Below are positions 1-9,454 of a DNA stretch of 64,000 nt, in pieces (positions within the stretch are counted from its first letter, which is position 1; the number at the start of each line of letters is the position of its first letter). The stretch spans positions 13,366 to 77,365 of the forward strand of contig JBEGOM010000002.1 in NCBI GenBank assembly GCA_041181985.1. Direction: 5' to 3'. Made by a program: the position numbers and the translations under genes. This DNA comes from Pseudomonadota bacterium. Its GTDB lineage: Bacteria > Pseudomonadota > Gammaproteobacteria > Burkholderiales > Burkholderiaceae_C. A model generated the notes under the pieces. It made no database searches, was not told the origin of the DNA, and worked only from the letters and a program-made list of their open reading frames with translations.

Positions 1-2
1 CA

Positions 3-254
3 CTGGCACGCACACAAGCCAAATTTTTGTTGGTGAGTTTCACCACCGATTGGCGCTTTTCACCTGCACGCAGTCGCGAGATGGTGCGCGCGTTGTTAGA
101 CAACCAGCGAGATGTGAGCTACGCCGAAATTGACGCACCGCACGGTCACGACGCCTTCTTGCTCGACGATGCGCGTTACCTGAATGTGGTGCGCTCGTAC
201 TTCGAACGCATTGCCGACGAGTTGCATGCCAACACCACAGGAGGTGTGGCATGA
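3..254 (+). CDS. metX: Homoserine O-acyltransferase, C-terminal part (5' truncated by window edge)
   Basis: SFTTDWRF (catalytic Asp) and [10 protein letters not shown] (catalytic His) motifs; stop overlaps the metW start (ATGA 251-254). Confidence 0.9.
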   Translation: MARTQAKFLLVSFTTDWRFSPARSREMVRALLDNQRDVSYAEIDAPHGHDAFLLDDARYLNVVRSYFERIADELHANTTGGVA

Positions 255-880
255 GCGCACCACACACACCATTCGCTGTCGAACTGGCGCAGTCACAAGC
301 CGCCAACGACACCTTGCAAGCCATTGCTGCCTTGGTGCCTGAAGGTAGCCGCGTGCTCGACCTCGGCTGCGGCGACGGCGCCTTGCTGGCGCATTTGCAA
401 CAACACAAGGGCTGCACGGGTTACGGTGTAGAGCTCGACGACACCAATGTGCATGCCTGTGTGCAACGCGGTGTCAATGTGTTGCAACTCAACCTCGACC
501 AAGGCCTCACTTTGTTTGGCGACCACTCGTTTGATGTGGTGCTGCAAATCGACACGCTGCAACATTTGCGCAATGCCGAAACCATGTTGCGTGAAACTGC
601 ACGTGTGGGGCGCACCGGCATTGTGGCGTTTCCCAATTTTGGCCATTGGCCCAACCGACTCAGTGTGTTGCTCGGGCGCATGCCAGTGACCAAACGTTTG
701 CCCTATCAGTGGTACGACACACCCAATATTCGCGTGGGCACATTCGCTGACTTCGCAGCCTTGGCACGACAAAACCAATTGCAAATAGTGGATGCCTTTG
801 GCCTGCAAGCTGGACAAGAAGTGCGCTTATGGCCCAATGCGTTTGCAGGTACGGCTGTGTTCAAATTTCAAAAAAATTAA
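251..880 (+). CDS. metW: Methionine biosynthesis protein MetW (SAM-dependent methyltransferase fold)
   Basis: [12 protein letters not shown] motif, [11 protein letters not shown] signature, directly after metX. Confidence 0.93.
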   Translation: MSAPHTPFAVELAQSQAANDTLQAIAALVPEGSRVLDLGCGDGALLAHLQQHKGCTGYGVELDDTNVHACVQRGVNVLQLNLDQGLTLFGDHSFDVVLQIDTLQHLRNAETMLRETARVGRTGIVAFPNFGHWPNRLSVLLGRMPVTKRLPYQWYDTPNIRVGTFADFAALARQNQLQIVDAFGLQAGQEVRLWPNAFAGTAVFKFQKN

Positions 881-929
881 TGTTGGCAACATCCTTGTAG
901 CCAACCTATACAAATAACGGGAGACAAAC

Positions 930-1922
930 ATGCAACGCAAGCAGCGGTTTCAACAACTCATCGCCACAGGCTTGGTCGCCCTCAGTGCGCTCAGTGCGCT
1001 TTGCGCCAGCACGGCAGCTTGGTCACAAACTTGGCCCACACGCCCCATCCGTTTGGTGGTGCCATTCCCCCCTGGTGGCTTGATCGACAACATGGCGCGC
1101 TTGGTCGGCCCGCGTTTGTCACAAGAGTTGGGTCAGCCCGTGGTGATCGACAACAAGCCCGGTGCAGGCGGCAACTTAGGCGCAGGCGAAGCAGCCCGTG
1201 CCGCTGCCGATGGGTACACCTTGTTGATGGCCTCACCACCGCTGACCATCAACCCCGCGTTGTACAAAAAACTGCCCTACCAACCCGAGCAAATTACACC
1301 CATTGGTTTGTTGGGTCGCGTACCCAATGTGTTGTTGGTCAACCCCAATTCGGGCGTGTCATCGGTGGCTGATTTGTCAGCGCGCATCAAAGCCAAACCG
1401 GGTCAAATCAACTATGCGTCGAACGGTCAAGGCACATCGTTGCATTTGAGCGCTGAGCTCTACAAAAGCCAAGCGGGTTTGTTTGTCACGCACATTCCTT
1501 ACCGTGGTGCAGCAGCGGCCATGACGGCGGTGATGGCCAACGAAGTCGACATGATGTTTGACAACTTGCCCTCGGCCCTCGGCCAAATTCAAGCGGGCAA
1601 ACTCAAAGCATTGGCCGTGACCACACCGCAACGCAGCAGCGTGTTGCCCAATGTGCCCACCATGCAAGAAGCAGGTTTGAATGGTTACCAAGTCAGCGCA
1701 TGGTTTGGCTTGGCCGCACCCAGTGGCTTACCCCCCGCCGTGCAAACACGCATCGAACAAGCGCTCGAGCGCATCGCTCGCCAACCCGAAGTGGTGGCCG
1801 CTTTGCAAAAACAAGGTGCAGAGCCCGCATGGTTAGACAGCAAGGCCATGGGCGCCTTCATGCAGGCCGATACCGCGCAATGGAAAAAAGTAGCGGACTA
1901 CGCACGCATCGCGCTCGACTGA
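930..1922 (+). CDS. Bug/TctC family tripartite tricarboxylate transporter substrate-binding protein
   Basis: Signal peptide, WPTRPIRLVVPFPPGG, VIDNKPGAGG, HIPYRG, PNVPTMQEAG motifs; GGGAG RBS. Confidence 0.92.
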   Translation: MQRKQRFQQLIATGLVALSALSALCASTAAWSQTWPTRPIRLVVPFPPGGLIDNMARLVGPRLSQELGQPVVIDNKPGAGGNLGAGEAARAAADGYTLLMASPPLTINPALYKKLPYQPEQITPIGLLGRVPNVLLVNPNSGVSSVADLSARIKAKPGQINYASNGQGTSLHLSAELYKSQAGLFVTHIPYRGAAAAMTAVMANEVDMMFDNLPSALGQIQAGKLKALAVTTPQRSSVLPNVPTMQEAGLNGYQVSAWFGLAAPSGLPPAVQTRIEQALERIARQPEVVAALQKQGAEPAWLDSKAMGAFMQADTAQWKKVADYARIALD

Positions 1923-1943
1923 GTCAGCGCTGACGGCGAACGA

Positions 1944-2741
1944 TCAATCGCGCAAAGTGAGATAAGCCAACGCCGCCAAGGCTGCGGTTTCCGCGCGCAG
2001 CACGCGCGCACCTAAGCTCACCGCCACAAAGCCAGCTTGGCGCGCTGCCGCGTCTTCTGCATCGCTCAAGCCGCCTTCGGGGCCCGTCAACAGCACCACG
2101 GGTTGATGGATGGATGACGTAGCTACTTGTTCAACTTGGCCGTTCTGAAGCAGCGATGACAACGCCTGCGTGCTTTCATGCAACGACATCACAGCGCGCA
2201 AAGCGGCAGAACCATCAGCGTTTTTTTGCTGATCCGTGTTTTGCGAACTTGACAACCATGCCTCCAAACGCAGCGGCACATCCACATGCGGCACACGGTT
2301 GCGGCCGCATTGCTCACACGCACTGATCGCTATCGCTTGCCAATGCGCTTGTTTTTTCTCAGCACGCTCGCCATTCAATCGCACCACGCTGCGCTCGGTC
2401 ATCACCGGTGTAATGCGTTGCACACCTAGCTCGGTGGCTTTTTCGACCAACCAATCCATGCGCTCGTTGGCAGGCATTCCCACCACCAATTGCACAGCCC
2501 GCAAGGCTTCGCGCTCCAGCGCTGAGTGCATACCCACCCGCACCTGCACATCGCTGCGCCCCATGTGCGTCACTTCTGCTTCGAATTCACCGCCTTCACC
2601 GTTGAACAGCGTGAGCGTGTGGCCAGGCTGCATGCGCAACACCTGTACATGGCGCGCTGCGGTGGCGGGCAACGCAATGGTTTGCCCAGTGACAAGAGGT
2701 GTATCGCAGTAAAAGCGGGCCATGTGTCGTGGTTCGCTCAA
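1944..2741 (-). CDS. rsmE: 16S rRNA m3U1498 methyltransferase
   Basis: HVQVLRM, EKATELGV, ACEQCGR, GPEGGLS, LGARVLRAETA motifs; true start may be 2723 (MARF). Confidence 0.93.
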   Translation of the reverse strand: MSEPRHMARFYCDTPLVTGQTIALPATAARHVQVLRMQPGHTLTLFNGEGGEFEAEVTHMGRSDVQVRVGMHSALEREALRAVQLVVGMPANERMDWLVEKATELGVQRITPVMTERSVVRLNGERAEKKQAHWQAIAISACEQCGRNRVPHVDVPLRLEAWLSSSQNTDQQKNADGSAALRAVMSLHESTQALSSLLQNGQVEQVATSSIHQPVVLLTGPEGGLSDAEDAAARQAGFVAVSLGARVLRAETAALAALAYLTLRD

Positions 2742-3850
2742 CGCTGCGTATCGAGGCGCGGAAACGCCAAACTGATGGCCGGCTCGGTGCCTTCCATCTT
2801 GTCAATGAAGCGCAGCAGCGGTGTGAGTTCGTGGTAGCGGCTCGCGGTGGCGCGAATGTAGCCAATGAAGCGCGGCGCATCGGCCAAATATTTGGGCTTG
2901 CCATCGCGCAAAGTCAGGCGCGCAAAAATACCGGCCACTTTGAGGTGGCGTTGCAAGCCCATCCATTCGACCGCGCGCCAAAACGCGCCAAAGTCTTGCG
3001 ACCAATCTTCAAAATCCATCAGGCCGAGTTTGCGTGCGCGCTCCCAATAGCGGATGGTGACATCGAGCACAAACTCTTCGTCCCAACTCAAAAACGCATC
3101 GCGCATCAAACTGGCAATGTCATAGGTGATGGGGCCATGCACCGCGTCTTGAAAATCGAGCACGCCTAAACGTGGCTCATCTGCGTTATGCGGCATCATC
3201 AAATTGCGCGGCATGAAGTCGCGGTGCACAAACACTTTGGGCGCTGCCAAATTGTGTTGCACGATGGCTTGAAATGTTTTGTGCAGCATGTTTTGCTGCG
3301 TGGTGTCTAACACCACGCCTTTGTGCTTCGCGACATACCAATCGGGAAACAACGACAGTTCGCGTTGCAACAAGGCTTCGTCATAAGCCGGCAAAGTTTG
3401 CGCGTTGGCCTGTTGTTGCAGTGTCAGCAACGCGTCGGTGGCACGCGCATACAAATTCACATTGGCTTGGGGTTGTTCAGGTTGAATGGCCGCCATCATG
3501 GTGTCCGCACCCAAATCGTCGAGCAACATGAAGCCCTGCGCTTGGTCCCACGCCAAAATGTGCGGCACCAGCAAGCCTGCGTCTTGCAACAAGCCCGCAA
3601 TGCGCACAAAGGGCTCGCAATTTTCTTGCGCGGGCGGGGCGTCCATGATGATGCAAGCACCGCCCTGCTGTGTGTCGACCCTGAAATAGCGCCTGAAACT
3701 GGCGTCGGCAGAAGCGGCGCGCACAGTGGTGGGCAGCAGGCGATGTACGCTGGCTTGTGCTGCCAGCCATTGTTCAAACGCTGTAGCGCGCTCGGGCTGC
3801 GCCCACACAATAGGTTCTGCAGGGCGGGGGGAAGTGGTGATGGTGCTCAT
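2738..3850 (-). CDS. amgK: Anomeric MurNAc/GlcNAc kinase (APH-family phosphotransferase)
   Basis: ASADASFRRYFR, HRDFMPRNLM, LDFQDA, QRHLKVAGIFARL motifs; divergent from lptD. Confidence 0.85.
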   Translation of the reverse strand: MSTITTSPRPAEPIVWAQPERATAFEQWLAAQASVHRLLPTTVRAASADASFRRYFRVDTQQGGACIIMDAPPAQENCEPFVRIAGLLQDAGLLVPHILAWDQAQGFMLLDDLGADTMMAAIQPEQPQANVNLYARATDALLTLQQQANAQTLPAYDEALLQRELSLFPDWYVAKHKGVVLDTTQQNMLHKTFQAIVQHNLAAPKVFVHRDFMPRNLMMPHNADEPRLGVLDFQDAVHGPITYDIASLMRDAFLSWDEEFVLDVTIRYWERARKLGLMDFEDWSQDFGAFWRAVEWMGLQRHLKVAGIFARLTLRDGKPKYLADAPRFIGYIRATASRYHELTPLLRFIDKMEGTEPAISLAFPRLDTQR

Positions 3851-3944
3851 GGATAATCCAAATTCTACAAATCAACCTTGCCTCATTGGCTTTTTCTGTT
3901 TGAAAAGCAAAAAACAAGGTTGGTGCATTGAAGGTTGTTCTGCG

Positions 3945-6404
3945 TTGCGCTTGTCACCCCTTTTTCTTCGCCAAGTTTTTCCGCCCACCCCTGACGGACG
4001 TCATTGGTGGTTAGGCATGGCTTGGGCGCTTGTTGGTGGCCATGCGTTAGCCCAATCAGCCACTCCGCCACTGGTGCTCAAGCCGAGCAGTTTGCTGCAA
4101 GAAGTGCTCAATGACACCACACGCCAAGAACTGCCCACCTTTTTGCAAAGCGATCGCCTGAGCGGTCGCAACGACATGGAAACACGCCTGCAAGGCAATG
4201 TCACGGTGCGCCGCGGTGATGTGTTGCTCAAAGCCGATGAGGTGGAGTACAACCAAGTCACCGATCAACTCAAAGCGCGTGGACATGTCAGCATCAACCG
4301 CGCAGGCAATGTTTATGAAGGTCCTGCGCTGGAGTTGCAACTCGATGCTTTCGAAGGTTTTTTCACGCAGCCCTCTTTCAAACTGTTGAAAAATCAGGCT
4401 CACGGGCAAGCCGAAAAAATCGAATTTGTCGACAGCGGCCATTCGGTGTTGCACAACGCGAATTTCACCACCTGTCAACGCAAACCTGGTCCCAGCTGGA
4501 CACCCGATTGGTTTTTCAAGGCCGACAAAATTTCGCTAGACACCGAGCGCAACATTGGTCGCGCAGAAGGCGCTTCTTTGCGCTTCAAGGATGTGCCCAT
4601 CTTGCCGCTGCCCTCGGTGGACTTTCCTCTGGCAGAAGAGCGCAAGTCGGGCTTGCTGCCACCATCGATTGGCATTGACAACATTGGTGGTTTAGAGGTG
4701 ACCCAACCGTATTACTGGAACTTAGCGCCCAACCGTGACATCACCTTTTACCCAACCTATTGGAGTCGTCGCGGTCTAAGGCTTGGCTCCGAATTTCGTT
4801 ACCTAGAGTCCAACAATCCCCATCAGCCCTTTGCAGGTGAGGCACGCTTGGATTACATGGAAAAAGACTTGCTCAATGGCAATCGCCGCTGGGGATTGAA
4901 TGTCAAGCATGTTGGCTTGCTCAACCCACAACTGCTTAACGGTCAAGTTGGGTTTGGCTTCAATGTGAATCGCGTGAGTGACAACGACTACTGGAAAGAC
5001 TTTGCATTGGCCAACAACAGCGGTGTGCAGCGTTTGCTCTCCAATGACATCACGCTCAACTGGAGCAACGGCAGCTTCAGCACAGCCTTGCGCACCCAAA
5101 TGTGGCAAACCTTGCAAGACAATGCCAACCCGAGCAACCGCATCACACCGCCGTTTGACCGCGTGCCCCAATTCACCGCCAAACTGCAACGCGCCAACCT
5201 CAGCGGTTTTGATGTCAGCCTAGAGGGCGATCTGACCCGCTTCGAATCTGCCCGCGCGTATGAGTGCGCCAGCACGGGCTCATACACCTGTGCGCCCAAC
5301 GCTACACGGGCCGTTTCTTCAGCCCAACTGAGCCACCCCTTTTTGAGTTCTTCGGGATACATCACACCCAAAGTGCAAGTACACGGTCGCAGCTACCAGT
5401 TTGATGGCGGCTTGCCTGCCAACAACTTTTACAGCGCACACCAAGGCCAAACTTCTGCCAGTTTGGCCATTCCCACCTTCAGCCTGGACAGCGGCACCAC
5501 TTTCGAGCGTTCACATCGGTTCTTTAACCGTTCATGGGTGCAAACTCTCGAGCCGCGTGCCTTCTTTGTTTATACCCCCTACCGCGATCAAAGCTATCTG
5601 CCCAACTACGACTCCGGCAGCAATGCCTACAACTTTGCCAGCGTATTCACTGAAAACACTTTTGTCGGCAATGACCGCATTGCCAACAACAAGTTGCTCA
5701 CCCTCGGCGCCACCTCACGCTTGCTCGACCCAGACACAGGTGCTGAAGGTGCGCGTTTTGGCTTGGCGCAACGCCTGCGCATGCAAGACCAACAAGTGAC
5801 ACTTCCGGGTGATCCAATTGCCAGACGCGGCGTGAACGACATCTTGGCCGGTGCCTCGGTGAACCTCTCACGCACATGGGGCGTTGACTCCACCTTGCAA
5901 TTCAATCCCAAAACCGACAACCTGATGCGTCGCATGGTGGCGGGTCGCTACACACCCGGCAACTACCGCGTTGTCAATGTGGCCTACCGCACACAAAACG
6001 ACGAGGCAGGACAAGCCCTGTCGCGCCAGCTTGATGTCGGCTGGCAATGGCCTTTGCATGACCTCTGGCGCGGCCCTGACGAAGATGTGGGCGAAGGTCG
6101 CGGCCTCGGCGAGGGCCGCTGGTACAGCGTGGCGCGCATGAATTACAACCCGCTCGACAAGAAAGTGGTCGAATCGATTGTGGGCTTCGAATACGATGCT
6201 GGCTGCTGGTTGGGACGTGTGGTTTCAGAACGCCTGCAAGTGGCCGAAGGTCTGGCGCGCCAACGTTTGCTGTTCCAATTGGAGTTTGTGGGCTTTTCCC
6301 GTGTCGGCACCAATGCCTTGGGCTCATTGCGAACCAATGTGCCCCGTTACCAACCCTTGCGGCAACCCATGATGACGCCAAGCCGTTTTGGCAATTACGA
6401 TTGA
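3945..6404 (+). CDS. lptD: LPS assembly outer-membrane protein LptD (start uncertain; frame open from 3726)
   Basis: OstA-like N-domain, FTTC, RKSGLLPP, PYYWNLAPNRD, QTLEPR, EYDAGCW motifs; precedes surA. Confidence 0.92.
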   Translation: MRLSPLFLRQVFPPTPDGRHWWLGMAWALVGGHALAQSATPPLVLKPSSLLQEVLNDTTRQELPTFLQSDRLSGRNDMETRLQGNVTVRRGDVLLKADEVEYNQVTDQLKARGHVSINRAGNVYEGPALELQLDAFEGFFTQPSFKLLKNQAHGQAEKIEFVDSGHSVLHNANFTTCQRKPGPSWTPDWFFKADKISLDTERNIGRAEGASLRFKDVPILPLPSVDFPLAEERKSGLLPPSIGIDNIGGLEVTQPYYWNLAPNRDITFYPTYWSRRGLRLGSEFRYLESNNPHQPFAGEARLDYMEKDLLNGNRRWGLNVKHVGLLNPQLLNGQVGFGFNVNRVSDNDYWKDFALANNSGVQRLLSNDITLNWSNGSFSTALRTQMWQTLQDNANPSNRITPPFDRVPQFTAKLQRANLSGFDVSLEGDLTRFESARAYECASTGSYTCAPNATRAVSSAQLSHPFLSSSGYITPKVQVHGRSYQFDGGLPANNFYSAHQGQTSASLAIPTFSLDSGTTFERSHRFFNRSWVQTLEPRAFFVYTPYRDQSYLPNYDSGSNAYNFASVFTENTFVGNDRIANNKLLTLGATSRLLDPDTGAEGARFGLAQRLRMQDQQVTLPGDPIARRGVNDILAGASVNLSRTWGVDSTLQFNPKTDNLMRRMVAGRYTPGNYRVVNVAYRTQNDEAGQALSRQLDVGWQWPLHDLWRGPDEDVGEGRGLGEGRWYSVARMNYNPLDKKVVESIVGFEYDAGCWLGRVVSERLQVAEGLARQRLLFQLEFVGFSRVGTNALGSLRTNVPRYQPLRQPMMTPSRFGNYD

Positions 6405-6410
6405 TCACCT

Positions 6411-7748
6411 ATGTTTTTCACATCTACTCAAGCTCCTCGTCGCTGGTTGCTGATCGCCCTGAGCGCGCTCTGTCTGCATGGACTCACACAAGCACAAACC
6501 ACGGCACCTAAGGCCAACGCAACCGCTGGGCGTGATTTCATCGTGGCCGTTGTAGACGCCGTTCCCATCACCAATCACGATGTCAATCAACGCGTGTTGC
6601 AGTTGAAACAACTAGCGCGGCAGCAAGACCGGGTACAGAGCCAGCTCACACCATCGTTGCAAGTTGCTTTGGAAAAACTCATCACTGAAAAAGCATTGCT
6701 CCAGCTGGCCAAAGACCAAGGCATCACTGTGGATGCAGCTGCGATCAGCCAAGAGCAAGAACGTGTTGCTGCGCAAAGCCAGCTCAATGTGGCGGCGCTT
6801 CGTGCAAAACTGGCATCCGCTGGCGTCAGCTGGGAAAGTTTTCAGCAAAGCATCAAAGATCAATTGATCGTGCAACGGTTGGCAGAGCGCACCGTGCCAG
6901 CTCGGGTTCGCGTCAGCGATGCTGAAATAGATGCTGTCATGCGCGAACGCATGAACGCGCGCAGCAACATCAACCCCAACATTGAATTGGCACACATCCT
7001 CATTGCGGTTCCCGAACAAGCTTCGCCAGCTCAGGTCAGCACCTTGCAAGCCAAAGCCCAAAACACTTTGCAACGGCTTCAGGCAGGTGAAAACTTTGCG
7101 GATGTGGCCAAAGATGTGTCCAACAGCACAGACAAAGAACAAGGCGGTCGCATGGGCGTGCGCCCGATGGACCGTTACCCCACCCTGTTTGTGCAAGCGA
7201 TCGAAGCCTTGCCTGTGGGTGGCTTGAGCAGCGTGTTTCGATCCGGTGCAGGCTTTCACATCTTGAAGTTGGTATCTAAACAAAGCAACCAGACCATGGT
7301 TGTCACGGAAACACGTGCGCGTCATATTTTGTTGCGCCCCGGGGGCCAACTCAGTCAAATCGCAGCACGCGCTCAACTGGCCAACTTCAAACGTGATCTC
7401 GAAGCCGGTCGTGCTGACTTTGCCAAACTGGCCAAAGAACATTCTCAAGATGGCAGCGCCGTCAACGGCGGCGACTTGGGTTGGGTTGCACCCGGTGTGT
7501 TTGTGCCAGAGTTTGAAGAGGGCATGGACAAATTGAAAATCAACCAAATCTCCGATCCTTTGGTGTCGCGTTTTGGTGTGCACTTGATCCAAGTACTCGC
7601 TCGCCGTGATGCGCCCATCAGTGAGCGTGAACTTCGCGAAAGCGCCAGAAATATGGTTCGCCAACGCAAATTCGACGAAACCTACGAACAGTGGGCGCAA
7701 GAAGTGCGTGGGCGCGCTTACATTGAATACCGCGACCCACCGCAGTGA
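6411..7748 (+). CDS. surA: Periplasmic chaperone/PPIase SurA
   Basis: Signal peptide, SurA N-domain, two parvulin domains (LAHILI...GFHILKL; ARHILL...GGDLGW...FGVHLI). Confidence 0.92.
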   Translation: MFFTSTQAPRRWLLIALSALCLHGLTQAQTTAPKANATAGRDFIVAVVDAVPITNHDVNQRVLQLKQLARQQDRVQSQLTPSLQVALEKLITEKALLQLAKDQGITVDAAAISQEQERVAAQSQLNVAALRAKLASAGVSWESFQQSIKDQLIVQRLAERTVPARVRVSDAEIDAVMRERMNARSNINPNIELAHILIAVPEQASPAQVSTLQAKAQNTLQRLQAGENFADVAKDVSNSTDKEQGGRMGVRPMDRYPTLFVQAIEALPVGGLSSVFRSGAGFHILKLVSKQSNQTMVVTETRARHILLRPGGQLSQIAARAQLANFKRDLEAGRADFAKLAKEHSQDGSAVNGGDLGWVAPGVFVPEFEEGMDKLKINQISDPLVSRFGVHLIQVLARRDAPISERELRESARNMVRQRKFDETYEQWAQEVRGRAYIEYRDPPQ

Positions 7749-7760
7749 TGTGAGCCTGCG

Positions 7761-8519
7761 TTGAAACACATCGCCCGCAAGCGCTTCGGTCAGCACTTTC
7801 TGACCGACACCCACATCATTGAAAGCATCGTCGACGCCATATCGCCTGTGGCGGGTCAACCTGTGGTTGAAATCGGTCCTGGCTTGGCCGCGCTCACGCA
7901 ACCCTTGGTCGAGCGCTTGGGCCACTTGCATGTGATCGAACTCGACCGCGATTTGGCCGCGCGTTTGCGCGAGCACCCGCAATTGAGCGTGATTGAGTCC
8001 GATGTGTTGCGGGTGGACTTCACACAACTGGCGCAATCACTTCAAGCCGACAAATTGCGTGTGGTGGGCAACCTGCCCTACAACATTTCGTCACCCATCT
8101 TGTTTCACTTGCTCAACCATGTGCAGGCAGTGCAAGACCAACACTTCATGTTGCAAAAAGAAGTGATCGATCGCATGGTGGCGTCACCTTGCACCAGCGA
8201 CTACGGGCGCTTGAGCGTCATGCTGCAATGGCGCTACGACATGGAAAATGTGTTGTTCGTACCACCCGAATCGTTCGATCCATCGCCACGCGTAGACAGC
8301 GCCGTGGTGCGCATGGTGCCGCTACAAAACCCACCTCAGCTTGATTTCAAACTCCTAGAAACCATGGTGCAAGTCGCCTTCAGCCAACGGCGAAAACTGT
8401 TGCGTCACACCTTGGGCCGTTGGTTAGAAGAGCGTCAATTTGCTGGTGCCTTTGATGTGCAACGCCGCGCCGAAGAAGTGCCTGTTTCTGACTACATTGC
8501 GTTGGTGCAAGCGCTTTGA
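7761..8519 (+). CDS. rsmA: 16S rRNA dimethyladenosine transferase
   Basis: [32 protein letters not shown] motifs; TTG start. Confidence 0.95.
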   Translation: MKHIARKRFGQHFLTDTHIIESIVDAISPVAGQPVVEIGPGLAALTQPLVERLGHLHVIELDRDLAARLREHPQLSVIESDVLRVDFTQLAQSLQADKLRVVGNLPYNISSPILFHLLNHVQAVQDQHFMLQKEVIDRMVASPCTSDYGRLSVMLQWRYDMENVLFVPPESFDPSPRVDSAVVRMVPLQNPPQLDFKLLETMVQVAFSQRRKLLRHTLGRWLEERQFAGAFDVQRRAEEVPVSDYIALVQAL

Positions 8520-8571
8520 TGTGCCTGACATAACGGGTAGACATACCCATTCAACTAACGGTTGATCCAAT

Positions 8572-8599
8572 AAAAAAGCCCGTCTTTCAACGGGCTTTT
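8572..8599. terminator. Bidirectional intrinsic terminator between convergent rsmA and barstar genes
   Basis: AAAAGCCCGT-ctttca-ACGGGCTTTT stem with A/T tails on both sides. Confidence 0.8.
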
Positions 8600-8634
8600 G
8601 CGGCGCGCAAAGCACGCCATGTGTCAGGCAAGCC

Positions 8635-9192
8635 TTAGGCAGCAGTTAACCAATAACCTGCGTTGAATGGGCTACTCATGCGCAAAGCCATGGGCGACAC
8701 GTCGACCAATTTGTCGGTTGGCATTTTTTCGCCTTCTTCCAAACCTTCCACGCCTTCGATGGCAGGTTTTTCAGCCGATGGCGCGCGCGCCACGGAGAAC
8801 GAGTAGAAGCAACGGAAAGGCACTTTGCGATCAGACCAGTAATCGGCCGCTTCGCGGAAGATGTCTAGTAACTGCTCGCGCGCTTCTTTGTCAAACTTAG
8901 CGTGGGCAGGAATGTGCTCGAGCACCAAAATGAAACCAGGCTGAGGGCCCGACTTGTGCAGCGGGTCGGTCATGCCGTCGTACAACGAGTCGAAATTCTT
9001 GCTGGCTTGTGCAGGGAAAGTGAATGCCTTGGCAATCATGTCCAAAACGTCTTGTTTGCTTTGGGCTTGGGCCAAATTGGCATACAAAAAGTGATGGCCG
9101 AGCGACGTGGCAGCCTCTTGCAAATCAGGCACGCGAAATGCGCGAATGGACTGAACGATGTTGGTTTTGACTGTACGCAGTGGCATTTCCAT
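8635..9192 (-). CDS. Barstar-family (RNase inhibitor) protein with C-terminal extension
   Basis: KQDVLDMIAKAFTFP...KNFDSLYDGMTD...LLDIFREAADYW pattern; start chosen at MEMPLR (frame open from 9306). Confidence 0.8.
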   Translation of the reverse strand: MEMPLRTVKTNIVQSIRAFRVPDLQEAATSLGHHFLYANLAQAQSKQDVLDMIAKAFTFPAQASKNFDSLYDGMTDPLHKSGPQPGFILVLEHIPAHAKFDKEAREQLLDIFREAADYWSDRKVPFRCFYSFSVARAPSAEKPAIEGVEGLEEGEKMPTDKLVDVSPMALRMSSPFNAGYWLTAA

Positions 9193-9317
9193 CGCCGTTT
9201 CTTTTTCTAAGGTCTTCACAGGGGTTTGAAATAAGTAGGTTTCAAAGGCGTTTTGCTGGGGCTGGCTGGCAAAAACCAACACAAATTGCTGCATCGCAAC
9301 AACCATCCTCTCAGCGA

Positions 9318-9376
9318 TTCGGGTTAACCCGAAAACTCAAGCCCCGTAGTGTGAACGATTCACCCCAAAAAAGCAA
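9318..9376 (-). promoter_or_regulatory. Putative sigma70 promoter of the barstar gene with downstream palindromic operator
   Basis: Minus strand TTGCTT(9376-9371)-N17-CACACT(9353-9348); perfect palindrome TTCGGGTTAACCCGAA at 9318-9333. Confidence 0.45.
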
Positions 9377-9405
9377 GAGGTGGCCCGAGTATCAGGTCAC
9401 CTCTT
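9367..9405 (-). terminator. Intrinsic terminator of maeB
   Basis: Minus strand AAGAGGTGACC...GGCCACCTCTT hairpin followed by GCTTTTTT. Confidence 0.65.
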
Positions 9406-9454
9406 GAGGTTTTTTGAAACCAAAAGGGCTCAAAATCGCCCTTTTTTCAGCTTT

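Noticed and set aside
981-1000. 9-bp tandem duplication in the Bug signal peptide (LSA-LSA)
   Set aside because: Trivial in-frame slippage.
3726-3944. Long N-terminal extension of LptD overlapping amgK
   Set aside because: It would overlap the divergent gene and its promoter, so a downstream start is more plausible. The same reasoning applies to the extended starts of amt, yidC, pduO and lptC.
7749-7760. No pdxA between surA and rsmA
   Set aside because: A simple gene-order variant; it cannot be judged without the rest of the genome.
6612-8036. 474-aa antisense ORF over surA/rsmA (similar long ORFs at 50695-51633 and 56160-57185)
   Set aside because: Shadow frames opposite well-supported genes; no recognisable motifs; expected from codon bias.
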